NCBI GenBank assembly: GCA_964510495.1
Contig: CAZECR010000003.1
Coordinates: 550 to 64,549 of the forward strand
Origin: an uncultured Gammaproteobacteria bacterium
GTDB taxonomy: Bacteria; Patescibacteriota; Patescibacteriia; Magasanikbacterales; GWA2-37-8
Direction: 5' to 3'
DNA length: 64,000 nt
Positions 53,893-63,583 of this stretch are shown here, in pieces (positions within the stretch are counted from its first letter, which is position 1; every line of letters starts with the position of its first letter). The notes under the pieces were generated by a model that saw only the letters and a program-made list of their open reading frames with translations, was not told the DNA's origin and made no database searches. A program made the translations under genes and the position numbers.

Positions 53893-53927
53893 GAAAGGCT
53901 CGGGGGGTTGTTTTTTTGGGTTTAATT
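53893..53927 (+). terminator. Strong intrinsic terminator cccccgggcc-gaaa-ggctcgggggg + TTGTTTTTTT
   Basis: 10-bp GC stem with a GNRA loop and a U-tract. Confidence 0.8.
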
Positions 53928-53973
53928 TGATATTGTGGAAGATGAGAGCAGCTTATTTTTTTCTTAAAATAGC

Positions 53974-56253
53974 ATGAATCGTTTCACTTTATTCTTCAAA
54001 AACGCTTTGTATTTTCCACTGTTTGTACCGCTTCTGTTTACCCCGTTTACTTTTTTTGCGGCTCATTTTGGTAAAACAATGATTTTTCAGCTTAGTATTG
54101 ATGTGTTGGTTGTAATTCTTTTGGTGGCTTTATTGGTAGGCAAGAAAGTGATTGTCAGCCGATCGGTGCGATGGAAATCGCTCAATTGGCTTGATCGATC
54201 CCTGGTAGTATTTTTAATAATTTTAGTGATCACAAGTATCACTGGTATTAATCAATCAGTGAGTTTTTGGGGTGACCAGTCTCGAGAGAACGGGGCGTTA
54301 TTGTGGCTTCATCTGGGTGTCTGGTATTTTCTCATGAGGTCTTTTTGGAACACTGAAGAATGGCGACGTAGTTTTAGTGTAGTAACAGGTGTAGGTGTCG
54401 TTATTGCGTTGACGGGCTTTTTTCAAAACAGTCTTCCGAGTGCTTGGGGTTTAGCATCGGATGACCGTCTACAAGGTATTCTAGGAAATTCAGCGTATAC
54501 TTCGCTCTATTTAGTTCCGGCATTTGGTGCCTCGTTGGTAGTAATGGCTCGTCAGTGGACTGGTTCATTTAAAACAGCCTGGAAGACGGGGGTGGCCGGT
54601 CTTTGTGCTGCTTGTATCGCTGTAGCTTTGGTGCTGACCCAATCACGTGGTAGTGTCGCGGGCTTAGTGGCTGGGCTTATTTTTGGCCTTATAGTGATGG
54701 TTTTTACGCTACCAAGTAAAAAGGCTAAGCGGGTGGGGGGCGCAACCCTTTTTGTAGTGCTGCTGCTGGGTATAGTGTTTGCAGTGAGTGCTCGGACTAC
54801 CTGGGTCCACAAGCATGTACCATTGGTGAGCCGTTTTTTTGACACTTCAAGCTTTATGGAGGGAACGGGAAAAACTCGTCTGATGGCTTGGGAGATTGCG
54901 AAACAAGGTTTTTTCGACCATCCTGTTTTGGGTTGGGGCCTCAATTCTTATGAAGCGATTTATAGCAAATACTATAATCCACTTTTTTTAAAGTACTCAT
55001 TCTCCGAAACCGTTTGGGATAAACCGCATAATTGGTTTTTAGAAGTAGCTACGAGCGCTGGGGTTGTGGGCCTGGTAAGTTACAGTTTAATTTTTGTTAC
55101 CGCGCTGTGGTATGTACTTAAAAACAGCAAGACAAGACAGGGTGATCAAACGGTACTGGTAGATGCTTCGTTAAAAAAAGATAGTTTGCCCGCGACCGTG
55201 GCATTAATTGTCGCAGGTACGCTCGTTGCGTATGGTGTGCAATTGCTCTTTCTGTTTGAAACAACCAATTCATTATTACTATTATTTTGGCTCATTGCTT
55301 TTGTATCGGTTCATTATGGCTCAGCAGAAGGTCAAAAAACTGACTCAATTGTCTTGGTGCCCAATGGCTGGTATAAACCATGCATGGTTTTGGGTGTAGT
55401 GTTGGTTTTAGTTCAGGGTTATAAAGGGAGTGTTCTGCCGCTAAAGGCTTCGTACCATCTTGAGAAGGCACATGCAGCCAATGATTTTACAACGTGGTCG
55501 GTGGAAGCCGCGCGTTCCTTAAATGTTCCAGTAGCCTTTCAAGGTGAAGTGGGTGTTTTTTTAGCTGAACGCTTTGTGCAGCTTGATAAAATGGATTTTC
55601 CGTTGGACTCCGCAACAACAACTGCTCTAGAGGTTGCGAGCATGCTTGAAGATCAATCCACGCTTCACCCGCTTACAATAGCGTATCCTGTCTGGGCAGC
55701 TCAGATCTATGCGGTGCTGGGAGAAAAAATTGATCCAAAATATTTGGATGATGGTCAGCGACTTGCAGAACGAGCGTTGGCTCTTTCACCTCGCAAACAA
55801 GATATTTTATTCATCCTTGGACGAATTCATTTGTTAAAAAAGGAGTTCCCGCAAGCGTTACAATTACAACAAGAAGCCGTGGATGTTGAGCCGAACATTG
55901 CTATTAGTCATTGGTTTCTGGGTCTGAGTTATCAGGCTGCCGGTCAAAGCAAAGAAGCTTTGGTTGAGATACATCGAGCATTTGAGTTAGGCTTTTATCC
56001 TTCCGCTGAGCAGCGGTTCTATGTTCTTGACTTAGAGTTGGCATCTAAAAATTACGATGCTGTAATTGCTGGGTATACCACCTTTTTACAAAGTGAACCA
56101 GATAATCCTAATTGGTACATACGTCTGGCCACAGTATATGCGGTAAAAGGGGATAAAAAATCAGCGCTTGAATTTGCCCAAAAGGCAGTTGCACTTGATC
56201 CGAGTATACAGACAGCAGCAGAGGCTTTTATCAAACAGTATAAGTTACAATAA
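53974..56253 (+). CDS. O-antigen-ligase (Wzy_C)-like polytopic membrane protein with a C-terminal TPR-repeat domain
   Basis: TQSRGSVAGLVAGLIFG Wzy_C signature loop; about 12 TM segments; a C-terminal TPR repeat region. Confidence 0.75.
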   Translation: MNRFTLFFKNALYFPLFVPLLFTPFTFFAAHFGKTMIFQLSIDVLVVILLVALLVGKKVIVSRSVRWKSLNWLDRSLVVFLIILVITSITGINQSVSFWGDQSRENGALLWLHLGVWYFLMRSFWNTEEWRRSFSVVTGVGVVIALTGFFQNSLPSAWGLASDDRLQGILGNSAYTSLYLVPAFGASLVVMARQWTGSFKTAWKTGVAGLCAACIAVALVLTQSRGSVAGLVAGLIFGLIVMVFTLPSKKAKRVGGATLFVVLLLGIVFAVSARTTWVHKHVPLVSRFFDTSSFMEGTGKTRLMAWEIAKQGFFDHPVLGWGLNSYEAIYSKYYNPLFLKYSFSETVWDKPHNWFLEVATSAGVVGLVSYSLIFVTALWYVLKNSKTRQGDQTVLVDASLKKDSLPATVALIVAGTLVAYGVQLLFLFETTNSLLLLFWLIAFVSVHYGSAEGQKTDSIVLVPNGWYKPCMVLGVVLVLVQGYKGSVLPLKASYHLEKAHAANDFTTWSVEAARSLNVPVAFQGEVGVFLAERFVQLDKMDFPLDSATTTALEVASMLEDQSTLHPLTIAYPVWAAQIYAVLGEKIDPKYLDDGQRLAERALALSPRKQDILFILGRIHLLKKEFPQALQLQQEAVDVEPNIAISHWFLGLSYQAAGQSKEALVEIHRAFELGFYPSAEQRFYVLDLELASKNYDAVIAGYTTFLQSEPDNPNWYIRLATVYAVKGDKKSALEFAQKAVALDPSIQTAAEAFIKQYKLQ

Positions 56254-56264
56254 ATTGTAAATCT

Positions 56265-56969
56265 ATGAAATCAAAAAATAAAATTGCACTTATTATTTTA
56301 GCAGGAGTTTTGGTGCTTGGAATTACTGCCGGCAGCATTTGGTATAGTGGTGCATTCGGCATTTCGGAGCGACGCCTCTATGCAAGTATTAAAAATAATC
56401 CTGAATTAGTTGCTCCCTACGAACAGGCTCAGAAAGACATTGAGACCATAAAAAAAACTCCCGATAAAGTCACTGCCTATGTTGATTTGGGTCTCAGTTG
56501 GAAGACGATGGGGGATCTATCGCTCAAAAATAAAGATATTTTTTATCAAAAGGCCCGTGATGCGTATCAGGCAGGAGCACAACGTTTTGGTACTAAAAAT
56601 GTTATTTTTTATCTCAATGACGGTAAGGTTGCTGAGCTTATGGGGGACTACGCTGACGCAGAAGCTAATTATAAAAAAATGATTGAAATTTCAGCGGGGG
56701 ATGAGGCGGGATACATCAGCCTCGCCACACTGTACGATTACAAGCTTCATAAAACACCAGAAGAGATAGTGGCAGTGTATAATCAAGGTATCGCTAAACT
56801 GTTTAATCCGATTGCTTTAGTAAGCGCTCGTGGTACGTATCTTCGTCGTATCGGGGATTATAAGAACGCGTTAGCTGATTATCAATTACTTGTTAAGTAT
56901 TATCCAAATAATGATGGGTATAAGGCAATTGTTCAAGAACTTAATGCCAAGATTAAGGGCGAATTATAA
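56265..56969 (+). CDS. Membrane-anchored TPR-repeat protein
   Basis: N-terminal TM helix and TPR-like repeats. Confidence 0.55.
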   Translation: MKSKNKIALIILAGVLVLGITAGSIWYSGAFGISERRLYASIKNNPELVAPYEQAQKDIETIKKTPDKVTAYVDLGLSWKTMGDLSLKNKDIFYQKARDAYQAGAQRFGTKNVIFYLNDGKVAELMGDYADAEANYKKMIEISAGDEAGYISLATLYDYKLHKTPEEIVAVYNQGIAKLFNPIALVSARGTYLRRIGDYKNALADYQLLVKYYPNNDGYKAIVQELNAKIKGEL

Positions 56970-57125
56970 GTTATCCACAGTGACATATATTTTTAGGCAA
57001 AAATACTGTATACTAAATGTATTGAAAACGGAGGGGGGAAAACAACCGTAAGGTTGTTTTTTTGTAATATTTTTTCTTGCAGTGTATAGCGCTCGTGTAT
57101 TCTGTTAAAATAATATTTTGTTTAC

Positions 57126-57530
57126 ATGTCGTTTAATAGCATCATTCCTCCCTCAGAAATATCACTTGATTTTGTTCGGTCATCGGGCCCGGGAGGTCAA
57201 AATGTTAACAAAACGGCCACTAAAGCTGTGGTGCGTTGGCAGGTTGCTTCGTCACCAAGCTTCACTGCTGAAGAAAAGGCGCGTCTTGCTGCGCGCTTAG
57301 CTTCGCGTCTTACCAGTAAAGGTGAAATTATTGTTAGCGACGACACAAGCCGTTCTCAGCTCCAGAATCGAACGGCAGCCGTTCTCCGTTTAAATAAGTT
57401 GGTGCAAGCCGCGCTAGCTGTGCCCAAAGTGCGTCGGCCTACTCGGCCAACAAAAGCTTCTAAAATAAGGCGTCTAGAGAGTAAGCAACGAGTTTCAGCA
57501 AGCAAAAGACTGCGACGCACCGTGGAATAA
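57126..57530 (+). CDS. arfB: Alternative ribosome-rescue factor ArfB (peptidyl-tRNA hydrolase with a GGQ motif)
   Basis: SSGPGGQNVNKTATKAVVRW GGQ domain plus a basic C-tail; about 134 aa. Confidence 0.8.
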   Translation: MSFNSIIPPSEISLDFVRSSGPGGQNVNKTATKAVVRWQVASSPSFTAEEKARLAARLASRLTSKGEIIVSDDTSRSQLQNRTAAVLRLNKLVQAALAVPKVRRPTRPTKASKIRRLESKQRVSASKRLRRTVE

Positions 57531-57548
57531 AAGTTGGTAAAAATGGCT

Positions 57549-57577
57549 TTGACTTTTAGCCTCACCAGGCTTATACT
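57549..57577 (+). promoter_or_regulatory. Sigma70-type promoter TTGACT-17-TATACT
   Basis: Read from the sequence, 27 nt upstream of ATG 57604. Confidence 0.5.
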
Positions 57578-57603
57578 TGCTCTATATTTATATTATCTTA
57601 GCT

Positions 57604-59661
57604 ATGAAACGAACTATTGAACAGGTAGTTAAGCTCCTTATTTACGCTACTTTTTTTGTTCCCCTTGTTCTGGCTCCAAGTTCATTTATTTTCCCTTTTG
57701 TAGTACCAAAAGTATTGCTGTTTCGTTCGTTGGTTATTGTGATGCTTGGTGGTTATAGCGCCCTCCTATTTATTAACTACGAAGAGTATAGGCCGCGAAT
57801 TAGCCCTACAAGTTTGGCACTCGCTGGATTTCTTCTCAGTTTTGCCATATCAACTTTTGTTGGCTTTGATTCCTATCATAGTTTCTGGGACAACCACGAG
57901 CGTATGCTCGGCCTATTTACTATTGTTCATTACGTCATTTACTATTTTGTTTGTACTGCTGTATTTAAAAAATGGTCAGACTGGAAATTGGCCTTACAAA
58001 TTTTTTTAGGCGCGGGCTCAATTGTAATGTTCATCGGTATCCTCCAAAAATTAAACCCTGATCTACTCCTTAACCAAGGGAGCGATCGTGTTGCGAGTAC
58101 CCTTGGAAATGCCATTTATGTTGGTGGTTATGGACTCTTTTTGTCCTTTGTCGCCATGCTTTTATTAGTTAAGGAAAAAGTTCTGGGTAAAAAAATAGTC
58201 TATGGTATTTTTACCCTCATCGCCCTCCTTGGAATATTTTTTAGTGGCACGCGCGGTTCAGTACTTGGTCTGTTTGCAGGGCTTGCTGTAGTCATGCTCG
58301 GGTATGTTTTTCTTTTGAAGGGTAATACTAAAGTTCGCAACTCGTTATTAGGTCTGTTTGTGGGGGGAATTATTATTTTAGCTGTTTTATTCGCGCTTCG
58401 TGCCAACCCCTTTGTGCAAAAAATTCCAGCAATCGGACGCTTGGTTACGACTAGTCTAAGTGGTGGGACAAGCGATACTCGTTTAATCGCCTGGAAAATT
58501 GGTTTTGAGAGTTGGAAAGACCGTCCGATTTTTGGTTGGGGACCAAACAATTTTTTCTACGCCTTTAACAAATATTATAATCCACGTTCACTTGAGTATG
58601 GATATGGCGAAACCTGGTTTGATAATGCTCACAATATCATTGTAAATACTTTAACGGTACAAGGTATTTTTGGGGTGCTAACCTATCTTGCTATCTTTGT
58701 GGTAACACTCCTAACGTTGTGGCAGACTAAAGACAACCGCCAAAATAAAGTACATATAGTCGTGTGGGGTTCTGGTTTTTTAGTAGCACATCTGGTTCAG
58801 AACATTACTGTTTTTGAGAATCCAACTTCATACCTTTACTTCGTTTTTTGGTTAGCGTTCATAAATCGTTTAGCTGCTGCACCATCTTCAAGCGAAATTT
58901 CTTCAGGTGAAACCACTGCAAAGATAGCCTCGCCAGACCGTCCACTGGGTACAGGAGTTGCTACAGGAACTGTCCTTGCGGTGGGAATGCTTATTTTTAT
59001 TTTCAATATTCAACCTGCTCGCGCCAATCAAAAAACGTTAGCTGCCTTGCAAGAATTGTCGCGTAATCCAGCGCTCGGTCTTTCCGTTGCTAAAGAAGCC
59101 ATTGCTTTTAATTCTCCTCATATCGATGATATTAGAAGTGACATAGCCCGGACGATAACTGATATATTAGGTGCGAATTATCAAAAATTAGACAAAACTA
59201 TTAATACTGAATTGTTAAATACGGCCTATGCGGCACTGCAAGAAAATCTCAAGCTACATCCAGCGGACATTCGTACGTATCTTTTATTGTCACAGTTAGG
59301 GCAGTTAGGATTTACTGTTACCAATAATCCTAAATTTATTGCAGAGGCCGAAGGGTACATGGCCACAGGACTTACATACTCCCCGCGCCGTCAGCAATTT
59401 TTGTACACTTTGGCTAATTTTAAATTGCAGCTCGGTAAAAACGATGAAGCGATTGCTCTTATGCAGCAAGCCCTCGACGATAATCCAAAAATCATGGAGA
59501 CCTATTGGAGGTTTGCTTACCTCTACCAGCTTATGGGTCAAAACGAAAAAGCGCGTCAGATTTTGACGTTAGCACGTGAACGTGGGCTTAAGTTTACAGA
59601 TCAAGCTAAGCAGGTTGAAGCGATTGTTGTTTCGTCTACTCCTGGTAAGACTGGTAAATAG
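57604..59661 (+). CDS. Second O-antigen-ligase (Wzy_C)-like membrane protein with a C-terminal TPR domain (paralogue of 53974-56253)
   Basis: GTRGSVLGLFAGLAVV loop, many TM segments, C-terminal TPR repeats. Confidence 0.75.
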   Translation: MKRTIEQVVKLLIYATFFVPLVLAPSSFIFPFVVPKVLLFRSLVIVMLGGYSALLFINYEEYRPRISPTSLALAGFLLSFAISTFVGFDSYHSFWDNHERMLGLFTIVHYVIYYFVCTAVFKKWSDWKLALQIFLGAGSIVMFIGILQKLNPDLLLNQGSDRVASTLGNAIYVGGYGLFLSFVAMLLLVKEKVLGKKIVYGIFTLIALLGIFFSGTRGSVLGLFAGLAVVMLGYVFLLKGNTKVRNSLLGLFVGGIIILAVLFALRANPFVQKIPAIGRLVTTSLSGGTSDTRLIAWKIGFESWKDRPIFGWGPNNFFYAFNKYYNPRSLEYGYGETWFDNAHNIIVNTLTVQGIFGVLTYLAIFVVTLLTLWQTKDNRQNKVHIVVWGSGFLVAHLVQNITVFENPTSYLYFVFWLAFINRLAAAPSSSEISSGETTAKIASPDRPLGTGVATGTVLAVGMLIFIFNIQPARANQKTLAALQELSRNPALGLSVAKEAIAFNSPHIDDIRSDIARTITDILGANYQKLDKTINTELLNTAYAALQENLKLHPADIRTYLLLSQLGQLGFTVTNNPKFIAEAEGYMATGLTYSPRRQQFLYTLANFKLQLGKNDEAIALMQQALDDNPKIMETYWRFAYLYQLMGQNEKARQILTLARERGLKFTDQAKQVEAIVVSSTPGKTGK

Positions 59662-60817
59662 CTTTGGTTGAAGCAAGCATCGCGTCAAGCGAATGTTCAT
59701 TTTGTTTGCGGGAGGTCGTTGCATATTCCCGCATGACTTCGGGATTAGCCAGGGCAAAAAGAATCTTTTCAGCAAGCAAGCCGGCTTCTGGTGTCTGTAC
59801 CAGGAGACCGGTTTTTTTGTCTTCAATAAGCGCCGGAATCCCTCCGACTGCAGTTGCTATAATTGGAACATTCGTAATGATTGCTTCAAGCAGAACGTAC
59901 GGCAGGCCTTCTTTGCGAGAAGGAAGTATAAAAAGATCAAAAGCTGGCATAAGGGCGGCGGCATTATCAAGGCTACCGGTTAAACGTATTAATTCAGTAA
60001 GTTCATATTTTTTAATGAGCGTTTCGATATGCGCTTGACCAGGCCCTTCCCCAATTAAAATAAACATGACTGGGGGTAATTTTTCTCTAATACGCTTAAT
60101 CGCCTCAATAAGAATATCAAGCCCTTTAGTGTTATAAAAATTGGCTATAGTACCGATCCAGCGTTTGGGTGTTGTGCTAGCTTCTCCAATGTACGCTGCC
60201 AGTACTTCGCGCGCTTTGGTGCTTCCCCACGTAGGATTTGGAGGAGTAATTCCAAGTGGAATACGTGAGAAGCTATTTTTAGAAAGTCCTAAAACCATTT
60301 CGCCTGATGCTAAATCTGCTTCTGATAAAACAATAATTTTGTCTTTACAGCGAGCGGTAAGACGTTCAAGCCAAACATACAGACTTCTGATTTTTGGTGA
60401 AAGTGTTTCATTAAATACCCAGCCGTGAACTGTGTAAAGGTATTTAGTGGGCTGGAAAAAAGTCCCAATTTTTGCAAAAGAGCCAATAATACCCGCTTTG
60501 GTGCTATTAAGGTGGACAATGGCTGGTTTGAGGCGGTGGTAAAGTGACGCTAATTCGACTATTCCTCGTAGATCTTCGACCGGTTTAATTGAACGGTGAA
60601 GGTGTTTGAGTTGTATCGTTGTGATACTTGATTCCGGGTGCTCGCTTTGCCAGTCTTCTAGTTTTTTTTGAAGATCATTGTTTGATGGTGATTCACCAAT
60701 AGCTACATATATTTCAAAAGTACCGGTCAGATTTGTTACCAGGTCAAAGATGTATCGTTGCGCTCCTCCCCATGCTCCTTGGGTGATGACGTAGAGAATT
60801 TTTATTTTTGAGTTCAT
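59636..60817 (-). CDS. Glycosyltransferase family 4
   Basis: KILYVITQGAWGGAQRY and EGLPYVLLEAIITNVPIIATAVGGIPALIEDKKTGLL. The 3' end overlaps the convergent gene by 26 bp. Confidence 0.85.
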   Translation of the reverse strand: MNSKIKILYVITQGAWGGAQRYIFDLVTNLTGTFEIYVAIGESPSNNDLQKKLEDWQSEHPESSITTIQLKHLHRSIKPVEDLRGIVELASLYHRLKPAIVHLNSTKAGIIGSFAKIGTFFQPTKYLYTVHGWVFNETLSPKIRSLYVWLERLTARCKDKIIVLSEADLASGEMVLGLSKNSFSRIPLGITPPNPTWGSTKAREVLAAYIGEASTTPKRWIGTIANFYNTKGLDILIEAIKRIREKLPPVMFILIGEGPGQAHIETLIKKYELTELIRLTGSLDNAAALMPAFDLFILPSRKEGLPYVLLEAIITNVPIIATAVGGIPALIEDKKTGLLVQTPEAGLLAEKILFALANPEVMREYATTSRKQNEHSLDAMLASTKAIYQSYQE

Positions 60818-60919
60818 ATTGACTTTTTAGGCTAAATACAGCATACTATAAGTACTAAAAAATGTCTAAATAGTGATTTTTTCGTAGCAAAATTTACTAT
60901 TTGGACCTAGTCTTTCTCT

Positions 60920-61876
60920 ATGCGTATTTTAGTAACTGGAGGCTCGGGATTTATAGGTTCGCATCTTTGTGAACGCCTACTTTCAGCAGGTCATACCGTT
61001 ATCTGTTTAGATAATTTGTTTACCGGATCGGAGACTAACATCAGGCACTTGCTGGATAACCCACAGTTTACGTTTATTGAACATGATATTGTTGAACCTT
61101 TTTTTTATGATGAAAAAATAGACCAAATTTATAATTTAGCTTGCCCAGCGTCCCCAGTCCATTACCAATATAATCCAGTACATACAACAAAGGCATGTAC
61201 TGTTGGAGTTATTAATATGCTTGGCCTGGCTCGTAAACATGGCGCGCGCATTCTTCAGGCTTCAACCTCAGAAGTGTATGGCGACCCCGAAGTGCACCCG
61301 CAATCAGAAACGTACCGTGGTAATGTGAACACGCTCGGCCCCCGTGCCTGCTATGATGAGGGTAAACGCTGTGCTGAAACACTCTTTCTAGACTATTATC
61401 GCATGCATGGTTTGGAGATTAAAATCATTCGTATTTTTAACACGTATGGTCCGCGCATGGCGTTCAATGATGGTCGGGTTATTTCAAATTTTTTGTATCA
61501 AGCGCTTAAGGGTGAAAAATTAACGATCGACGGTGACGGCTCGCAAACACGTAGTTTTTGTTATGTTGACGACTTGGTAGAGGGCATGATTGCGCTCATG
61601 AATACACCTCCTAAAGTCCAGGGGCCTATTAATGTTGGCAATCCGGTTGAATTTACTATTAAAGAACTGGCTGAAAAAATTGCTAAGCTTATTGGAAATA
61701 ACGCAGGTTTTGTTTTTTCAGGGAAGTTTCGAGAAGATGATCCGATGCAACGGTGCCCGGATATTCACTTGGCGCAAACAGTGCTTGGTTGGGAGCCGAC
61801 CGTTACGCTAGATGAAGGGCTTAAAAAAACTATTGATGATTTTAAAGCTCGACTGGACACTTCCCAGGTTGTATAA
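60920..61876 (+). CDS. UDP-glucuronate decarboxylase (UDP-xylose synthase-type SDR)
   Basis: [22 protein letters not shown] and YDEGKR catalytic signatures. Confidence 0.85.
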   Translation: MRILVTGGSGFIGSHLCERLLSAGHTVICLDNLFTGSETNIRHLLDNPQFTFIEHDIVEPFFYDEKIDQIYNLACPASPVHYQYNPVHTTKACTVGVINMLGLARKHGARILQASTSEVYGDPEVHPQSETYRGNVNTLGPRACYDEGKRCAETLFLDYYRMHGLEIKIIRIFNTYGPRMAFNDGRVISNFLYQALKGEKLTIDGDGSQTRSFCYVDDLVEGMIALMNTPPKVQGPINVGNPVEFTIKELAEKIAKLIGNNAGFVFSGKFREDDPMQRCPDIHLAQTVLGWEPTVTLDEGLKKTIDDFKARLDTSQVV

Positions 61877-61884
61877 ATTTTAGT

Positions 61885-63576
61885 ATGGCAAAAAAATTCG
61901 TCTCTTCATTTTTTAGCCAGCTACCGCGGACCTTCGTGGTGTTATTTTTTGTAACAGCCATAATTCTTTTTTTCAGAATTACCCATGTCGACATGACTGG
62001 TGACGACGCTCATTACAGTGTCCGTGCAATAGGCCCAGTTGATTTTATGTTTGCGGAAATTAATGCTCAGTCTACGCCAATTCAATGGTTTGATAAACTG
62101 CCCCGGTGGGCTTCATTATCCTTTCACGACCATCCAAAACCTTTATTTCTTGTGCAGCATGTATTTTTGTCGATTCGACAAAATGTTTTTTTTGCCAAAC
62201 TGCCATATGCCTTATTTTCGCTCGGCACACTCGTTGTAATGTATTTTTTAGTTCGAAAATTTAAACCAGAAGCTGCCGTTGTATCAAGCGCACTACTGGC
62301 ACTCAATGCTCATTTTATTTGGGCAGGAAGAGTTGCTTATTTGGAAAGCGGTGTCATGTTTTTTATTTTGCTCGCAGTGTATTACTTCATTGTCTACGAG
62401 TCTAATACCAAATATTGGTGGAAATTCGGTATCGCACTTGGACTTGCCTTGAGTGTAAAATTTACCACCTTATTCCTTGTTCCATCCATACTACTTCTTG
62501 TAATTGTACGTCATCGAAGTTGGTTCCGGGATATACGATTCTACGGAGCTTTTGGTATCGCGCTTGTCATGCAGCTGCCTTTGATTATATATAATGTTTT
62601 AATGTACCAAACCACTGGACATTTTTCGCTTCAATTTGTCCGTTTATTTCATCAGTCCAGCCCGTGGCATCTTTCTGGTGTAAACTCAGTAACCGTTGGT
62701 GGTTTAGGTGAACTGTTCATAAGTTTGGGCCACCTTATTTCGTGGCCCCTATTAGTGCTTTTTATTGCTGCATTGGCCTATACCGTGTGGTGGAAGCGAC
62801 GTCTGACGTTTTTTATGTCGCTCGTTCTTTTTTTTACTATCCAGCAATTTTTTATTGGCCGTGATGGTTATATGCTCTCGATGTACGCAATTTTTATTGC
62901 GCCAATCTTAGGGCTTGCTTTTATTGATGTTAAAAATCGTTTAGAAATACTTTTTAACAAAAAGGCTCAAATTATTGCGAACGGGATCGCTCTGGTAGTT
63001 GCAATTTACTTGGGTATTTTTGTTGTTAATAGTCACTTGATGCCGGTACACTATGGCGTAATCGGCTGGGCACACAGCTCGTCTGTTTCGCAAAATTATG
63101 GCGCGGCTCAGCTCGATAGGTATTTGGACGATATTGTCGCTAAAGATCATGCCATAACACGGCTCGACCCCTTTGGAGACATTAAAATTAAAGACAGTAA
63201 CACAGCGCCCTTTCTTTTAAGGGTGTCTCAAGAAAAATTAACCGAAAGTGTTCATAATAGTAATATCATCATTTTTGATGAGCGCATCAGCTGGTTTAGT
63301 CGTGTGTGGTTATTTGAGCGTCGTCGTTTTTATCAGAATATTGCTGTGTTTTCGGTGTCCGAAACAAGCATCCTGAAACAGCTAACGATTAATAGTTTTT
63401 ATTTTATTAAAGCCGAAGAGGGTGCGCCGATAGATTCTGTAACCAAAAACTCTTCCTTAGCATCTTTGATGGAAGAAGAAGTGCTTAAAAGAGGTATTAA
63501 ACCTGATTATATTTACCGTGACGATGGAAAGCTGGCCTTTAAAGTGTATTACGTAGATCAGCGGATTCAAAAATAA
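61885..63576 (+). CDS. ArnT/PMT-like glycosyltransferase (GT39/GT83, PMT_2-type polytopic membrane protein)
   Basis: N-terminal multi-TM region with an extracytoplasmic DxD-like loop (TGDDAHY) and a C-terminal soluble domain. Confidence 0.65.
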   Translation: MAKKFVSSFFSQLPRTFVVLFFVTAIILFFRITHVDMTGDDAHYSVRAIGPVDFMFAEINAQSTPIQWFDKLPRWASLSFHDHPKPLFLVQHVFLSIRQNVFFAKLPYALFSLGTLVVMYFLVRKFKPEAAVVSSALLALNAHFIWAGRVAYLESGVMFFILLAVYYFIVYESNTKYWWKFGIALGLALSVKFTTLFLVPSILLLVIVRHRSWFRDIRFYGAFGIALVMQLPLIIYNVLMYQTTGHFSLQFVRLFHQSSPWHLSGVNSVTVGGLGELFISLGHLISWPLLVLFIAALAYTVWWKRRLTFFMSLVLFFTIQQFFIGRDGYMLSMYAIFIAPILGLAFIDVKNRLEILFNKKAQIIANGIALVVAIYLGIFVVNSHLMPVHYGVIGWAHSSSVSQNYGAAQLDRYLDDIVAKDHAITRLDPFGDIKIKDSNTAPFLLRVSQEKLTESVHNSNIIIFDERISWFSRVWLFERRRFYQNIAVFSVSETSILKQLTINSFYFIKAEEGAPIDSVTKNSSLASLMEEEVLKRGIKPDYIYRDDGKLAFKVYYVDQRIQK

Positions 63577-63583
63577 TACCTGT

